From Actinomycetes bacterium (GTDB lineage Bacteria > Actinomycetota > Thermoleophilia > RBG-16-64-13): a stretch of 64,000 nucleotides of DNA. Shown piece after piece: positions 1-12,547 of this stretch. Under the pieces are notes generated by a model, which was not told where the DNA came from, made no database searches, and saw only the letters and a list, made by a program, of their open reading frames with translations. Each line of letters begins with the position of its first letter. The first letter of the stretch is position 1. The stretch spans positions 4,423-68,422 of the forward strand of contig JAGXFV010000032.1 in NCBI GenBank assembly GCA_024637095.1. The letters are read 5' to 3'. The position numbers were made by a program, and so were the translations under genes.

Positions 1-520
1 CCCACCGATTCCTCAGTGGCCACTCCGTAGACGATCAGTGGGATCGACGGGGGAATCAGAATGCCCAGCGACCCAGCGGAAGCGACCAGGCCGGTCGAGT
101 ACCGCTTGCCGTAACCGTTGCGGATCATCGAGGGAATCATGATGGAGCCAATGGCCACGACGGTCGCCGGACTCGAGCCTGAGATGGCGGCAAAGAACAT
201 GCAGGAGACAACGGTGGTTATCCCCAAGCCGCCGAACATGCCCCCAACCACTGCATTGGCCGCGTCCGTAAGGCGCCGCGACAGCCCGCCGGCCGTCATG
301 ATATTGGCGGCCAGGACGAAGAACGGAATAGCCATGAGCGGGAACTTATCCAACGCGGTGAAGAGCTGCTGGGTGTTGGAGATCAGCAGGGGCTGATCGA
401 AGGCAAAAGGCTCCGGGCCAAAAACCCAGAAGGACGTCAGCACCGACAGGCCGAGAGCCACGCCGATCGGCACGCGAAAGATCAACAGGAAGAAGAAGAT
501 GCCAAAAAGTCCGTAGGTCA
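1..520 (-). CDS. dctM: TRAP transporter large permease DctM, N-terminal part (gene runs off the window start). The reverse complement of 1..520 translates MTYGLFGIFFFLLIFRVPIGVALG... from the ATG at 518-520.
   Basis: Translated by hand from the reverse strand. Hydrophobic DctM-like N-terminus, and the ATG overlaps the dctQ stop (521-523). Not in the ORF track because no stop falls inside the window. Confidence 0.75.
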
Positions 521-1219
521 TTACTCTTCCTCCTCCTTTCGGCTGGGATCATCGAACAGGCTGGGGTCGGACGGCCTCTCGTCCACCGGCTCGTCCAACA
601 CCTCGGTGTCTTCTGGGCCGTCTACGCTCGCGGTAGCCGAGGCGTCGCTCTGCAGAACTTCGCCTTCGTCGTCCAGAACCTCGTGATAGTGCTCGTCCTC
701 GCCACCGGGCTGTTCGTGGCGCTGGAAGGGGTGATCGTCGCCGCGCCAGAATTCGATGAGGACCTGCAGCTGCCGGAGACCCATCAGCGCCACCCCTACC
801 GGGACAGAGGCCTGGATGTAGAAGAAGGGAACCTTGGTGGTGCTGGCTACGCGGCCGGTGCCCTCGGTCCAACGGACATAGGCCTCGTAGATGAAGTCGG
901 CTCCGTACACCACGATCAGTGAGCAGTAGAGGAGAACAAAGAAGAACCCGATGATTATCATGATCCGTCGCGATCGCCGCGGCAGGTTGTCGACCACCAC
1001 CTCGACGCCGATGTGCAGGCCGTAGCGCATGGCGATGCTGGCGCCAATGAATGAGCTCCAGATCAGGGAATAGCGGACCACCTCTTCCGCCCAGGGAAGC
1101 GCGTCATGAAAGACGTAACGCATGACGACATTGGCGAAAACGATCACCGAGGCTACGGCGAGCGTGCTCGAGGCAATCAGCGCCTCGATAAAGCTCAAGC
1201 CACGATTGAATACGTACAT
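521..1219 (-). CDS. dctQ: TRAP transporter small permease DctQ with an acidic C-terminal tail
   Basis: 232-aa ORF. The N-terminus matches the DctQ pattern (RYVF...W.EE..RY..IW..F.GA..A.R.G.H). Sits between dctP and dctM. Confidence 0.75.
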   Translation of the reverse strand: MYVFNRGLSFIEALIASSTLAVASVIVFANVVMRYVFHDALPWAEEVVRYSLIWSSFIGASIAMRYGLHIGVEVVVDNLPRRSRRIMIIIGFFFVLLYCSLIVVYGADFIYEAYVRWTEGTGRVASTTKVPFFYIQASVPVGVALMGLRQLQVLIEFWRGDDHPFQRHEQPGGEDEHYHEVLDDEGEVLQSDASATASVDGPEDTEVLDEPVDERPSDPSLFDDPSRKEEEE

Positions 1220-1328
1220 CTAACCTCCCCCCCGGGGCCGGGTGGTGTCGATTGTTGCAATCTGGTCCAGTTCATAGTGGCGGCGGCGCCGAGGGCGCCG
1301 CCGCCGTGAACCGCAGGCTCAGTCGAGA

Positions 1329-2450
1329 CTACTGCCGGTAGTCCTCGAGGATGGTCATGAGCTCCTCGCCAAAGACGTCGGAGTACTCGTCCCACACGGG
1401 GTAGGAAGCGTCGCGGAAGGCCTGGAGACCTTCTTCGTCCATCTCGTTGAGCTCCATGCCGGCATCGACAAGCTGCTGCTTATTCTCATCGTTGATCTCG
1501 CCGGCGACCGTCGAGTTGTACTCAGTGGCTTCAGCCATCGCCTCATCCAGAGCGGTGCGGATGTCCTCGGGCAGGCCGTTCCAGAAATCCGGGTTGGTCA
1601 CCACGGCGTAGGCGATCAGCCCGTGATTGGACTCGGTCAGGTAGTCCTGCACGTCCTGATAGTTCTGGCTGTAGGTGTTGGAGTAGGTGTTCTCCTGGGC
1701 GTCGATAACGCCCTGCTCGAGCGCGTTGTAGACCTCGGAGAATGCCATCGGCTCAGCCGAGGCGCCCCAGGCCTGCATCTGCGACACCAGCACGTCCGAC
1801 TCCTGGACCCGGAACTTAAGGTTCTCGGCGTCCGCGGGAGTGTTGATGGGACCGCGGTTGTTGGTCAGTTGCTTGAAGCCGTTGTCCCAAGCGGCAAGCA
1901 GCATGATGTTGCTGTCGGCCAGCTTCTGGTTCAAGAACTCGCCCATGGGGCCGGCGAAGGCCTCACGGCTCTGCTCCACCGATTCAAACAGGAAGGGCAG
2001 GTCCACAACCTGCATCTCCTTCACGAAACCGGTGAATTTAGAGAACGAGGGAGCCGCCAGGTGGATAGTGCCCAGCTGGAGGGCCTCGATGGCCTCGTCG
2101 TCGTTGTACAGCTGCGAGTTGGGGTAGACCTCGACCTCGACGCGGCCGTTGGTCTTCTCGCTGGCCAGTCGGGCGAACTCTATGGCGGCCTGACCCTTCG
2201 GGGTGTTCTCGGCGACCACGTGGGCGAACTTGATCGTGTATTCGACGTCGCCGCTGGTCGCCGCAGCTTCGGTGTCTTCGGTCGTGGTGTCTTCGGTCGT
2301 GGTGTCTTCGGTAGCGGTATCATCGGTCATCGTGTCTTCGGTCGCTTCGGTTTCATCAGTCGTGGTGTCGTCGCCGCCACAGCCCACGAGCATCAGGCCG
2401 AATACGGTAAGCAGACCGATCAACAAAAGAGACAGTAACTTCTTGTTCAA
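1329..2450 (-). CDS. dctP: TRAP transporter substrate-binding lipoprotein DctP
   Basis: 373 aa with a lipoprotein signal (MNKKLLSLLLIGLLTVFGLMLVGC) and a Thr/Glu/Asp-rich linker, then a DctP-family SBP body. Lies upstream of dctQM. Confidence 0.8.
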   Translation of the reverse strand: MNKKLLSLLLIGLLTVFGLMLVGCGGDDTTTDETEATEDTMTDDTATEDTTTEDTTTEDTEAAATSGDVEYTIKFAHVVAENTPKGQAAIEFARLASEKTNGRVEVEVYPNSQLYNDDEAIEALQLGTIHLAAPSFSKFTGFVKEMQVVDLPFLFESVEQSREAFAGPMGEFLNQKLADSNIMLLAAWDNGFKQLTNNRGPINTPADAENLKFRVQESDVLVSQMQAWGASAEPMAFSEVYNALEQGVIDAQENTYSNTYSQNYQDVQDYLTESNHGLIAYAVVTNPDFWNGLPEDIRTALDEAMAEATEYNSTVAGEINDENKQQLVDAGMELNEMDEEGLQAFRDASYPVWDEYSDVFGEELMTILEDYRQ

Positions 2451-2502
2451 GGATTCCTCCTAATTCAAAGTGCAGACAAGAGCTTGACTTCCCCGCAGAA
2501 CG

Positions 2503-3696
2503 TTACGTATTCGGACTCACCCCCTCTTCGTCGTAACGCCCCCTCGTTGGCAGCAGCGTGGAGTTATCGGGATAGGTCGGAGTCGGTAGGCGGTGACGGC
2601 GGGCCTCACGGATGGTGACCGCGTTGCCCCGCTTCTTATAGCGGAAACCCGGGTTGTCCGTGACCAGAGCCGCCTCCAGAGATTCCAGGTGAACCAATCC
2701 CTCGGCCCCCGCCCAGCCCGCTGTCTCCTCTCCTATGGCGGAGCGGACGACGATGCTGGAGTAGGCCTCCCGTGACGGATCCGACCACAGATCGCCGACG
2801 GAAATGTCGGCCAACTCGGCGGACCAGTCGTAACAAACCGTGCAGCGGTAGGGACGATACATCCGCAGATGCTGCTTGGCTTCCGGGTAGGCGAGATCCC
2901 TCTGGACTCCCCCCCTGGTGACCACTCGGAAGTTTCCGGGGAACTCTCCTTCGCGATAGGCCACCCTCGACACCTCCTCCATTGAGACGCCGAATACCCC
3001 TTCTATAAGGTAGACGGTAGCATCGATAAGGAAGTTAGATAGACAGTAGAGTCCCAGGAGGAGCTCGATCTTGGGCAACCGTGCGCCCGTCGCCTGGGCC
3101 TTGCGTATGCCGGCAACCTGGCAGGGCATGGCCACGACGGCCAGCCGGTCCTCGTGCCGGGCGTCGAGAAGGGCGAGGTTTTGCGGCGTAAGCGCATATT
3201 TGGATTGCGCCGCCGAACGGATCTCCTCAGGGGTCCGGGCGATGAAGGCCTCCGGCCGCCAGGGTTCCTCCGGCGAGAATCCGGTGACCACCGCCCCCGT
3301 GATCCGCCCGCTCTCGAGCAGTCCGCAGAGCAGTGCCGTCACCCAACCGCCCGCGGTGCCCGCGGCACGGAGTTCAACGTCCAGAGCGTATCCGGTGTGG
3401 AGAGAACGGTAGAAGCCAAGTTCGTCGCCCTCCGATCGCTCCCGACCGAAATAGAACTGCTCGAGCTCGGCCATGGGGAGGTCGGCTCCGGGACAAGCGT
3501 CGAGGCAGTGACCACAACCGGAACAACCGCCCCGGTATGCGGGTTCCCCTGTGGAAAAATCCCAGGAGCCGTCGGGGCAGACGGCGGCGCAGGTGCCGCA
3601 GACAGCGCAGAGACCGGGGTTGATCACGCCACGGCGCAATGCGCGCACCGGTGACCCCCCTGCCTCGGCCATAGTCTCAACCCCTCGGTCTGACAT
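2503..3696 (-). CDS. Coenzyme F420 hydrogenase/dehydrogenase beta-subunit-like (FrhB/FdhB/FpoF family) Fe-S flavoprotein. Start is uncertain: the ORF extends to a TTG at 3783, with ATGs at 3759, 3696 and 3672.
   Basis: N-terminal 2x[4Fe-4S] ferredoxin motifs (CAVCGTCAAVCP, CSGCGHCLDACP) followed by an FrhB-like C-terminal domain. Plausible RBS ahead of the ATG at 3696. Confidence 0.55.
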   Translation of the reverse strand: MSDRGVETMAEAGGSPVRALRRGVINPGLCAVCGTCAAVCPDGSWDFSTGEPAYRGGCSGCGHCLDACPGADLPMAELEQFYFGRERSEGDELGFYRSLHTGYALDVELRAAGTAGGWVTALLCGLLESGRITGAVVTGFSPEEPWRPEAFIARTPEEIRSAAQSKYALTPQNLALLDARHEDRLAVVAMPCQVAGIRKAQATGARLPKIELLLGLYCLSNFLIDATVYLIEGVFGVSMEEVSRVAYREGEFPGNFRVVTRGGVQRDLAYPEAKQHLRMYRPYRCTVCYDWSAELADISVGDLWSDPSREAYSSIVVRSAIGEETAGWAGAEGLVHLESLEAALVTDNPGFRYKKRGNAVTIREARRHRLPTPTYPDNSTLLPTRGRYDEEGVSPNT

Positions 3697-4094
3697 CAGC
3701 CTTCCCCCTGCGCGCAAATCAGACCGGATCCCCTGGATCCCCCCACCTGCGCGTCTCATGATTCCTGACAACGCGTCCAACAAAAAAGGGACCTAGCGCG
3801 CGGAGCGACGATCGCTCCAGCTCACCGGGTCCGAGCGCGCCACCTTCCGAAGCGGCATTACCTGCAGCTCCCGGCGACGAAAACCCACGGACCTCCCCAG
3901 GTCCGCTCCCTCGGAGCCCGCGATAAACGGTCTAACCGTGTTAGCACCGCAGGGTTACCGAGGTAGCGTGAATCGTAACAAAGGTCTGACTAAAAGACCA
4001 GGCAACTTCATGAACGCAAACATTTAGCAAAGGCCGGGTTAAAACGGCCTGTGTTGGGCCCCGCGACCCCAACATCCGCCGGCTGCGGCCCGCC

Positions 4095-5402
4095 TTACCC
4101 GCCCCACTCCAGCGACTCCACCCGGGCGAAGATGGAACCGGTGTTTCTCAGGTGAAAGGCAGGATCGAAAAGCTCGTCGATCTGTTCCGGGTCCAGCCAC
4201 TCCATCACCTCGTCGTCGCCTTCCAAGAACTCCCGGAAAGGACGCCGCTCCTGCCAGGCCCTCATCGCGTTCCGCTGAACCAGCCGGTAGGCGTCGTCGC
4301 GAGGCACACCGCCTTCGACCAGCGCCAACAGCACCCGCTGGCTGAAGACCAGCCCGTAACTGCGGTCCAGGTTCTCGAGCATGCGTTCGGGATAGACCAG
4401 CAGTCGGTCGACCAGGGCGATGCATTTATCGAGCATGTAGTGCAGCAGCACGGTGCTGTCGGGCAGGATCACCCGCTCCACGCTGGAATGGCTGATGTCG
4501 CGCTCGTGCCACAAAGGCACGTTTTCGAAAGCGGCGATCATGTTTCCTCTGATCACGCGGGCCTGACCAGACAGGCGTTCGGAGATGATGGGATTCCGCT
4601 TGTGCGGCATGGCCGAAGAGCCCTTTTGCCCGGGGGCGAAATACTCTTCGGCCTCGAGCACTTCGGTGCGCTGAAAGTGGCGCACCGCAGTCGCGATCTT
4701 CTCGATCGTGGTGGCCGTCAGCGCGAGGGCGCTCATGAACTCCGCGTGGCGGTCACGCTGGACCACCTGCGTGGACACCGGCTCGATTCCCAGGCCGAGC
4801 TTCTCCATCACCGCGCTCTCGATCTGCGGATCGATGGTCGCGTAGGTGCCCACCGCCCCGGATAACTTCCCCACCGCGACCTGCTCGGTGGCGTGCTCCA
4901 GGCGTTCCAGATTGCGATGGGTTTCCATCGCCCAGACGCCGAGCACCTGGCCGAAAGAGATGGGCTCAGCGTGCACCCCGTGGCTCCGCCCGGCCATCAC
5001 CGTCTCGCGGTGCTCCAGACTGCGGCGCTGCAGCACGGACCCCAGTTCGCGTACCGATCCGACGAGTAGCGCGCCGGCACGCTTGAGTTGAAGGGCGAGG
5101 GCGGTGTCCAGCATGTCGGATGAAGTCATGCCGTAGTGCAGGTACTTGGATACCTCCCCCACATTTTCGCCTACATTGGTGAGGAAGGCGATCACATCGT
5201 GGTGGGTGGTCTCCTCGATCTCCCGGATGCGCTCGACGTCGTACCTCGACTTGCGGTGGAGCTCCAGAGCGGCTTCCATCGGAATCTCCCCCAGGTCGGC
5301 CCGAACATCGACCACCGTTAGCTGCACCTCGAGCCAGGCGCCCAGCTTGGCCTCCTCGGTCCACAGGGATGCCATCTCGGGAGTGGAGTATCTCTCGATC
5401 AC
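4095..5402 (-). CDS. purB: Adenylosuccinate lyase
   Basis: 435 aa. MIERYSTPEMASLWTEEAKLGAWLEVQ... is a typical PurB N-terminus, and the fumarate-lyase signature region is present. Confidence 0.9.
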   Translation of the reverse strand: MIERYSTPEMASLWTEEAKLGAWLEVQLTVVDVRADLGEIPMEAALELHRKSRYDVERIREIEETTHHDVIAFLTNVGENVGEVSKYLHYGMTSSDMLDTALALQLKRAGALLVGSVRELGSVLQRRSLEHRETVMAGRSHGVHAEPISFGQVLGVWAMETHRNLERLEHATEQVAVGKLSGAVGTYATIDPQIESAVMEKLGLGIEPVSTQVVQRDRHAEFMSALALTATTIEKIATAVRHFQRTEVLEAEEYFAPGQKGSSAMPHKRNPIISERLSGQARVIRGNMIAAFENVPLWHERDISHSSVERVILPDSTVLLHYMLDKCIALVDRLLVYPERMLENLDRSYGLVFSQRVLLALVEGGVPRDDAYRLVQRNAMRAWQERRPFREFLEGDDEVMEWLDPEQIDELFDPAFHLRNTGSIFARVESLEWGG

Positions 5403-5414
5403 TTTGGGCGGCTC

Positions 5415-5917
5415 CTACTCGGTCGCGGTGACCGGCTTGGCCGATCCGGCATCGAAGCAGAGATTGAGAATCTGAGCAGCGAGAATGCCGGCGTTGCGCG
5501 CCCCGTTGATGGCCACGCAGGCGACGGGAACCCCGCTGGGCATTTGCACGATGGAGAGCAGGGAGTCCAGACCGCCGAGGTCCGATGTGCGGATGGGCAC
5601 GCCGATCACGGGAAGATCGGTATAGGAGGCTACCACCCCGGGCAACGCCGCGGCCTTGCCCGCGCCGGCGATGAGGATCTTGATACCCCGGTCCTTGGCC
5701 TGCAGCACGTAGTTCCGGACACCATCCGGATCACGGTGAGCCGAGAGGACGTTGACCTCACATCGAATACCCCGCTGCTCGAGCTCAGCGGAAGCGCCGC
5801 TCATGACCTCCCGATCAGACTCAGAGCCCATGAGGATGCCGACCAGAGGCGCCTCCTGCTCGATTTCCTCAAGCATCTCGTCAACCGCCGGTTCCGGGAC
5901 CTGCGCTCCCATCGTCA
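5415..5917 (-). CDS. purE: N5-carboxyaminoimidazole ribonucleotide mutase PurE
   Basis: The PurE core (LVGILMGSESD...GAGKAAALPGVVA...) lies in the 3' half of the 311-aa ORF. Start set at the MTM... ATG near 5917, overlapping the purD 3' end. Confidence 0.8.
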
Positions 5918-7224
5918 TGCCTCCTCGGTTGTCTTGCCGCCTCACGTTCCTCCGCCCGCAGAGCGATGTCCATGCGGAATTGAGCCCCCTCGAAGTAGAT
6001 CTTGCCCACCGCGGCATAGGCGCGTTCTCGTGCGGCCGCGAAACTTGGCCCAACCGCGCTGACCGCCAGCACCCGCCCGCCGTCGGTGACCACATCGCCC
6101 CCCGACCAAGCGGTGCCGGCATGAAAGACGCTGACACCGTCCTCTTTCTCGGCGTCTTCCAGACCGCGGATGACGTCACCTTTGGAACTGGAGGCCGGAT
6201 ACCCCTTGGAGGCCATGACCACGCTGACACAGGCCCCTTCCTCCCAGTCCACCCGCGTAGGTAGCTCCTCACCTCGCGCGGCCGCATCCAGGATCTCGAG
6301 CAGGTCCGAACGCAGCCGTGGCAAGAGGGCCTGAGTCTCGGGATCGCCAAAGCGACAGTTGAACTCGAGCACCTTGGGGCCTTCGTTCGTAAGCATCAGC
6401 CCCGCATAGAGCACGCCGCGAAAGCCGATGCCGCGGAGGCCAAGCTCGGTCACGACGGGCTTGAGAATCGTGTTGACGATGCGCTCCTCCACCTCCCGGT
6501 CCACACCGGGAACCGGCGAGTATGAGCCCATGCCGCCCGTGTTGGGCCCTTCGTCCAGGTCGAAGATCCGCTTGTAGTCCTGAGCCGGGGACAAAGGGAG
6601 TATCTGCTCGCCGCTCACGATGGCGAGCACCGAGAGCTCCTCCCCTTCGAGGACTTCTTCGATCAGCACCCGGTCGCCCGCCGGCCCAAAGCGCCGTCGC
6701 CGGAAGATCTCATCGAGCGCCTCCTCTGCCTCTTGCCTGGTCCGGCAGACGGAAACGCCCTTGCCCGCTGCCAGTCCGTCCGCCTTGACCACCACGGGCC
6801 CTTCCCTCTGCTGCAGGAAGCGGAGCGCCGCCTCATGTTCCTCGAAAAGAAAAGCCTCGGCGGTGGGAATGCCGGTGGAGGCCATCACTTCTTTGGCGAA
6901 GGCCTTGGAGCCCTCGAGCAGAGCCGCCTCGCGCTCGGGTCCGAAGACCCGCAGGCTTCGCGCGCGAAAGACGTCGGCAATGCCTGCAACGAGGGGAGCC
7001 TCTGGGCCGACGATGGTGAGGTCGACCTCATGGGCTTCGGCAAAATCCGCCAGGGCCTCCAGGTCGTCTACCGAAATGTCGAGCAGTTCGGCGTCCCGTC
7101 CGATCCCCGCGTTCCCAGGCGCACAGTAGAGCCGGCCCAACCGAGGGCTGCGGCGGAGCGCCTTGACCAAGGCGTGCTCCCGCCCCCCTCCGCCTATCAC
7201 GAGGACATCGATCGACATCGTCAT
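5881..7224 (-). CDS. purD: Phosphoribosylamine-glycine ligase
   Basis: 447 aa with a GARS N-domain (VLVIGGGGREHAL) and an ATP-grasp domain. Confidence 0.9.
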   Translation of the reverse strand: MTMSIDVLVIGGGGREHALVKALRRSPRLGRLYCAPGNAGIGRDAELLDISVDDLEALADFAEAHEVDLTIVGPEAPLVAGIADVFRARSLRVFGPEREAALLEGSKAFAKEVMASTGIPTAEAFLFEEHEAALRFLQQREGPVVVKADGLAAGKGVSVCRTRQEAEEALDEIFRRRRFGPAGDRVLIEEVLEGEELSVLAIVSGEQILPLSPAQDYKRIFDLDEGPNTGGMGSYSPVPGVDREVEERIVNTILKPVVTELGLRGIGFRGVLYAGLMLTNEGPKVLEFNCRFGDPETQALLPRLRSDLLEILDAAARGEELPTRVDWEEGACVSVVMASKGYPASSSKGDVIRGLEDAEKEDGVSVFHAGTAWSGGDVVTDGGRVLAVSAVGPSFAAARERAYAAVGKIYFEGAQFRMDIALRAEEREAARQPRRHDDGSAGPGTGG

Positions 7225-7282
7225 CCCTCCCGAAGTGTCTACCGCCGCCGGACCCCGTTCGCCGGGGACCGTAGGCGACTGT

Positions 7283-9995
<2,713 letters not shown>

Positions 9996-10113
9996 CTCAA
10001 GGGCGGCGAAAATGCCCGCGGGCCCCGCCCCGACGATGATGGCGTCATAGGCATCGGCGTTGTGGTTGGGCGCTTTCGGTTTCGCTTCGTTGATGATCTT
10101 GCCTCTCTCGTCT

Positions 10114-10983
10114 TTATCCGAGCCGTCCGCCGGAGGTTTCGTGCCACTCGCGCACCGACGCTTCTTCCCGCAGGCGCAGCCGATCCATCAGGTTTTGGGC
10201 GATCTGGGTGGTCGAGGGCAGCTCCACCCCGTCCAGAGTACTAACGGGCAGCACTCCGATGAGGCTCCCGGTGAGCAGCAGACCCCCCACGCGAGCGTCC
10301 GGGGCGCTCACGGGAGCTTGCTCTACGGCCAGACCGAGGCCGACCGCCTCCTCCAGAACCGCGGCCATGGTCACGCCCTCGAGTACCGAGCCGGAGGGCA
10401 CCCGCCGCAAGCCTGTCTCGGTGACCAGCAGCAAGTTGCTGAATGCCCCCTCGAGCAATTCTTCGCCGTGCGCGAACAGGCACTCGAAGGCGCCGGCACG
10501 CTCGGCGCGGCGCTTGCCCTCGATACTCGCCAGATAGCTCCCCGACTTGTGCCGGGGCAGGGGGCGGGCGAGACCGGGTGCACCGACGACCGCGACCCCC
10601 TCGGTGTAGAGGCCCGGGTCGAGCGGCGCGGTCGACGAGACCGATGCGATGAAGGAGGTTTGGCGGGGGGACGGGGCAAGCAGGCCGCGTCCCCCCGGTT
10701 GAGTCCCCCCGGTCAACTGCATGCGCAGGACGCCGTGGGCCGGCCCCTCTGCTCTAAGCAGTCGGCGCACACCTTTCTCCACCGCGCCGGGTTCGAGGGG
10801 CAGGCCGAGGGCGGCCGCGGACGAGGTGAGGCGCGCGAGGTGCCGTTCCCAGAGACAGGGAGCCTGGTCGACAACCCTCAGTGTCTCGAAAAGGCTCTCC
10901 CCGTAGAGGACGGACCGGTCGAAGACCGAGACTTTGGCCTCCTCTGCCGACACCAATTCTCCACCCAGCAGGACCAGACTCAT
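10114..10983 (-). CDS. pabC: Aminodeoxychorismate lyase / class IV (BCAT-like) aminotransferase
   Basis: 289 aa with a fold-type IV PLP enzyme pattern. Immediately downstream of pabB with a 4-bp overlap. Confidence 0.6.
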   Translation of the reverse strand: MSLVLLGGELVSAEEAKVSVFDRSVLYGESLFETLRVVDQAPCLWERHLARLTSSAAALGLPLEPGAVEKGVRRLLRAEGPAHGVLRMQLTGGTQPGGRGLLAPSPRQTSFIASVSSTAPLDPGLYTEGVAVVGAPGLARPLPRHKSGSYLASIEGKRRAERAGAFECLFAHGEELLEGAFSNLLLVTETGLRRVPSGSVLEGVTMAAVLEEAVGLGLAVEQAPVSAPDARVGGLLLTGSLIGVLPVSTLDGVELPSTTQIAQNLMDRLRLREEASVREWHETSGGRLG

Positions 10984-12542
10984 GCCGAGCCCAGCTCTGC
11001 CGCCATTTCAGCATGGGCGTTGGCCTGGATCACGGACCGGACCATCGCCTCTGCCTTGCTCAGGGTCTCTAAGTACTCGTTCTCGGGAACCGAGTCGGCC
11101 ACGATGCCGGCCCCGGCTTGGCCGTAGACGGTGTCCTTCATCCGCACCAGCGTGCGGATGATGATGTTGACGTCCATGTCGCCGCCGTAACCGAACCAGC
11201 CGAAGGAACCGGTGTATGCGCCGCGGCGCACGTTCTCCAGCTCGTCGATGATCTCCATGCAGCGCACTTTGGGGCAACCTGTGATGGTGCCCCCAGGGAA
11301 CATGGCCCGCAGCAGGTCGACGGCGTCCTTTCCCTCGAGTAGCCGGCCGGCAACGTTGCTCACTATGTGGATCACGTGGCTGTAGCGCTCATTCACCATC
11401 AGCTCGTCCACGTGCACCGAGCCGTAGTCGCATACCCGGCCCAGGTCGTTGCGCTCCAGGTCCACCAGCATGATGTGCTCTGCCCGTTCCTTGGGGTCGA
11501 GGTTGAGGTCGTCGGCAAGCAATCCGTCCTCGTTGAAGTCCCGGCCACGTCTGCGGGTCCCGGCGATGGGACGGGTGTCGGCGACCTCGCCGTGCAGCCG
11601 GACCAGCCTCTCCGGGGAGCTGGAGAAGAGCTCGTACCCCGAGAGCCGCAAATACCCGGCGAACGGAGAGGGGTTGACGGCGCGGAGCACGCGGTAGAGC
11701 AGTTCGCTCGAGTGCTCGTACGGCATCCGCAGGCGCTGAGACAGGTTGGTTTGAAACACGTCTCCCGCCCAAACGTACTCGCGCGCCCGGCTGACGATGG
11801 CCTCGAATTCAGCGCGCGCCATGTTGGAGCCGGTCTGCAGGCTCTCTTCCCGGCTGTGCCCGGACACCTCAAGCTCGAGGTCCGGCTCCGGGGCTCGAGC
11901 CGCGCGAGAGAGGGCTTCTTCGATCTCCTTGAGCGCCTCGGGAGACTCTGCCACCGCGGTGATGGCGCCGCTGGCCTCGTGATCCACGCACAGCCAGCGG
12001 GTGGGGAAGATAATGTCGAGATCAGGAAGTTGCAGATCATCCTTCGTGGTGTCCGGAATCCTCTCGATGTAACGCCCGGCATCGTAGGAGACCATGCCGT
12101 AGGCACCTACCCACGCCGCCCGGGGCGCTCGGCCTCCGAGCCAGAGCACCTCCCCTTGGCGCTCTCGAAGCCGGCGGCGAAGCTCGAGGAGAGGATCCCC
12201 CTCGGATTGGCGCAGTTGCCACCCCTCTCCGACGGCAGCTGAGTCGTCGGCTTCGCCTTCTCGCGCCCGCGGGTTCCACTCCGCCCAGCTAATCCGCCGG
12301 TCCTTGGCCCACAGATGGGCCTCCGGCCGCCAGGCCATCATTGACTGCTGGGCGAGGCGTCGGCCGCCTCCGGCGCTGTCCAGGAGCACGGCCAGACCGG
12401 AGGGGTCGACCGGCGGTTCCCCTGGACGCTCGGGCAGATCCGATCCCCCCAGACCAATGAGGCCCAGCTGCGCGAGAAGCGCGACCGGGCGCCAAGCATA
12501 GGGACCGAGCACGCGGCCGAAGAGAGGTTCCGGGATGGACAT
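10980..12542 (-). CDS. pabB: Aminodeoxychorismate synthase component I (chorismate-binding enzyme, TrpE/PabB family)
   Basis: 520 aa with a C-terminal chorismate-binding core (GTITGCPKVRCMEIIDELE...GAYTGSFGWFGYGGDMDVNIIIRT). Paired with pabC rather than trpG/trpD. Confidence 0.7.
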   Translation of the reverse strand: MSIPEPLFGRVLGPYAWRPVALLAQLGLIGLGGSDLPERPGEPPVDPSGLAVLLDSAGGGRRLAQQSMMAWRPEAHLWAKDRRISWAEWNPRAREGEADDSAAVGEGWQLRQSEGDPLLELRRRLRERQGEVLWLGGRAPRAAWVGAYGMVSYDAGRYIERIPDTTKDDLQLPDLDIIFPTRWLCVDHEASGAITAVAESPEALKEIEEALSRAARAPEPDLELEVSGHSREESLQTGSNMARAEFEAIVSRAREYVWAGDVFQTNLSQRLRMPYEHSSELLYRVLRAVNPSPFAGYLRLSGYELFSSSPERLVRLHGEVADTRPIAGTRRRGRDFNEDGLLADDLNLDPKERAEHIMLVDLERNDLGRVCDYGSVHVDELMVNERYSHVIHIVSNVAGRLLEGKDAVDLLRAMFPGGTITGCPKVRCMEIIDELENVRRGAYTGSFGWFGYGGDMDVNIIIRTLVRMKDTVYGQAGAGIVADSVPENEYLETLSKAEAMVRSVIQANAHAEMAAELGSA

Positions 12543-12547
12543 GAGCT

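Noticed and set aside
118-396. 92-aa + strand ORF at the window start
   Set aside because: It is the reverse frame of the dctM N-terminus, which translates cleanly on the minus strand.
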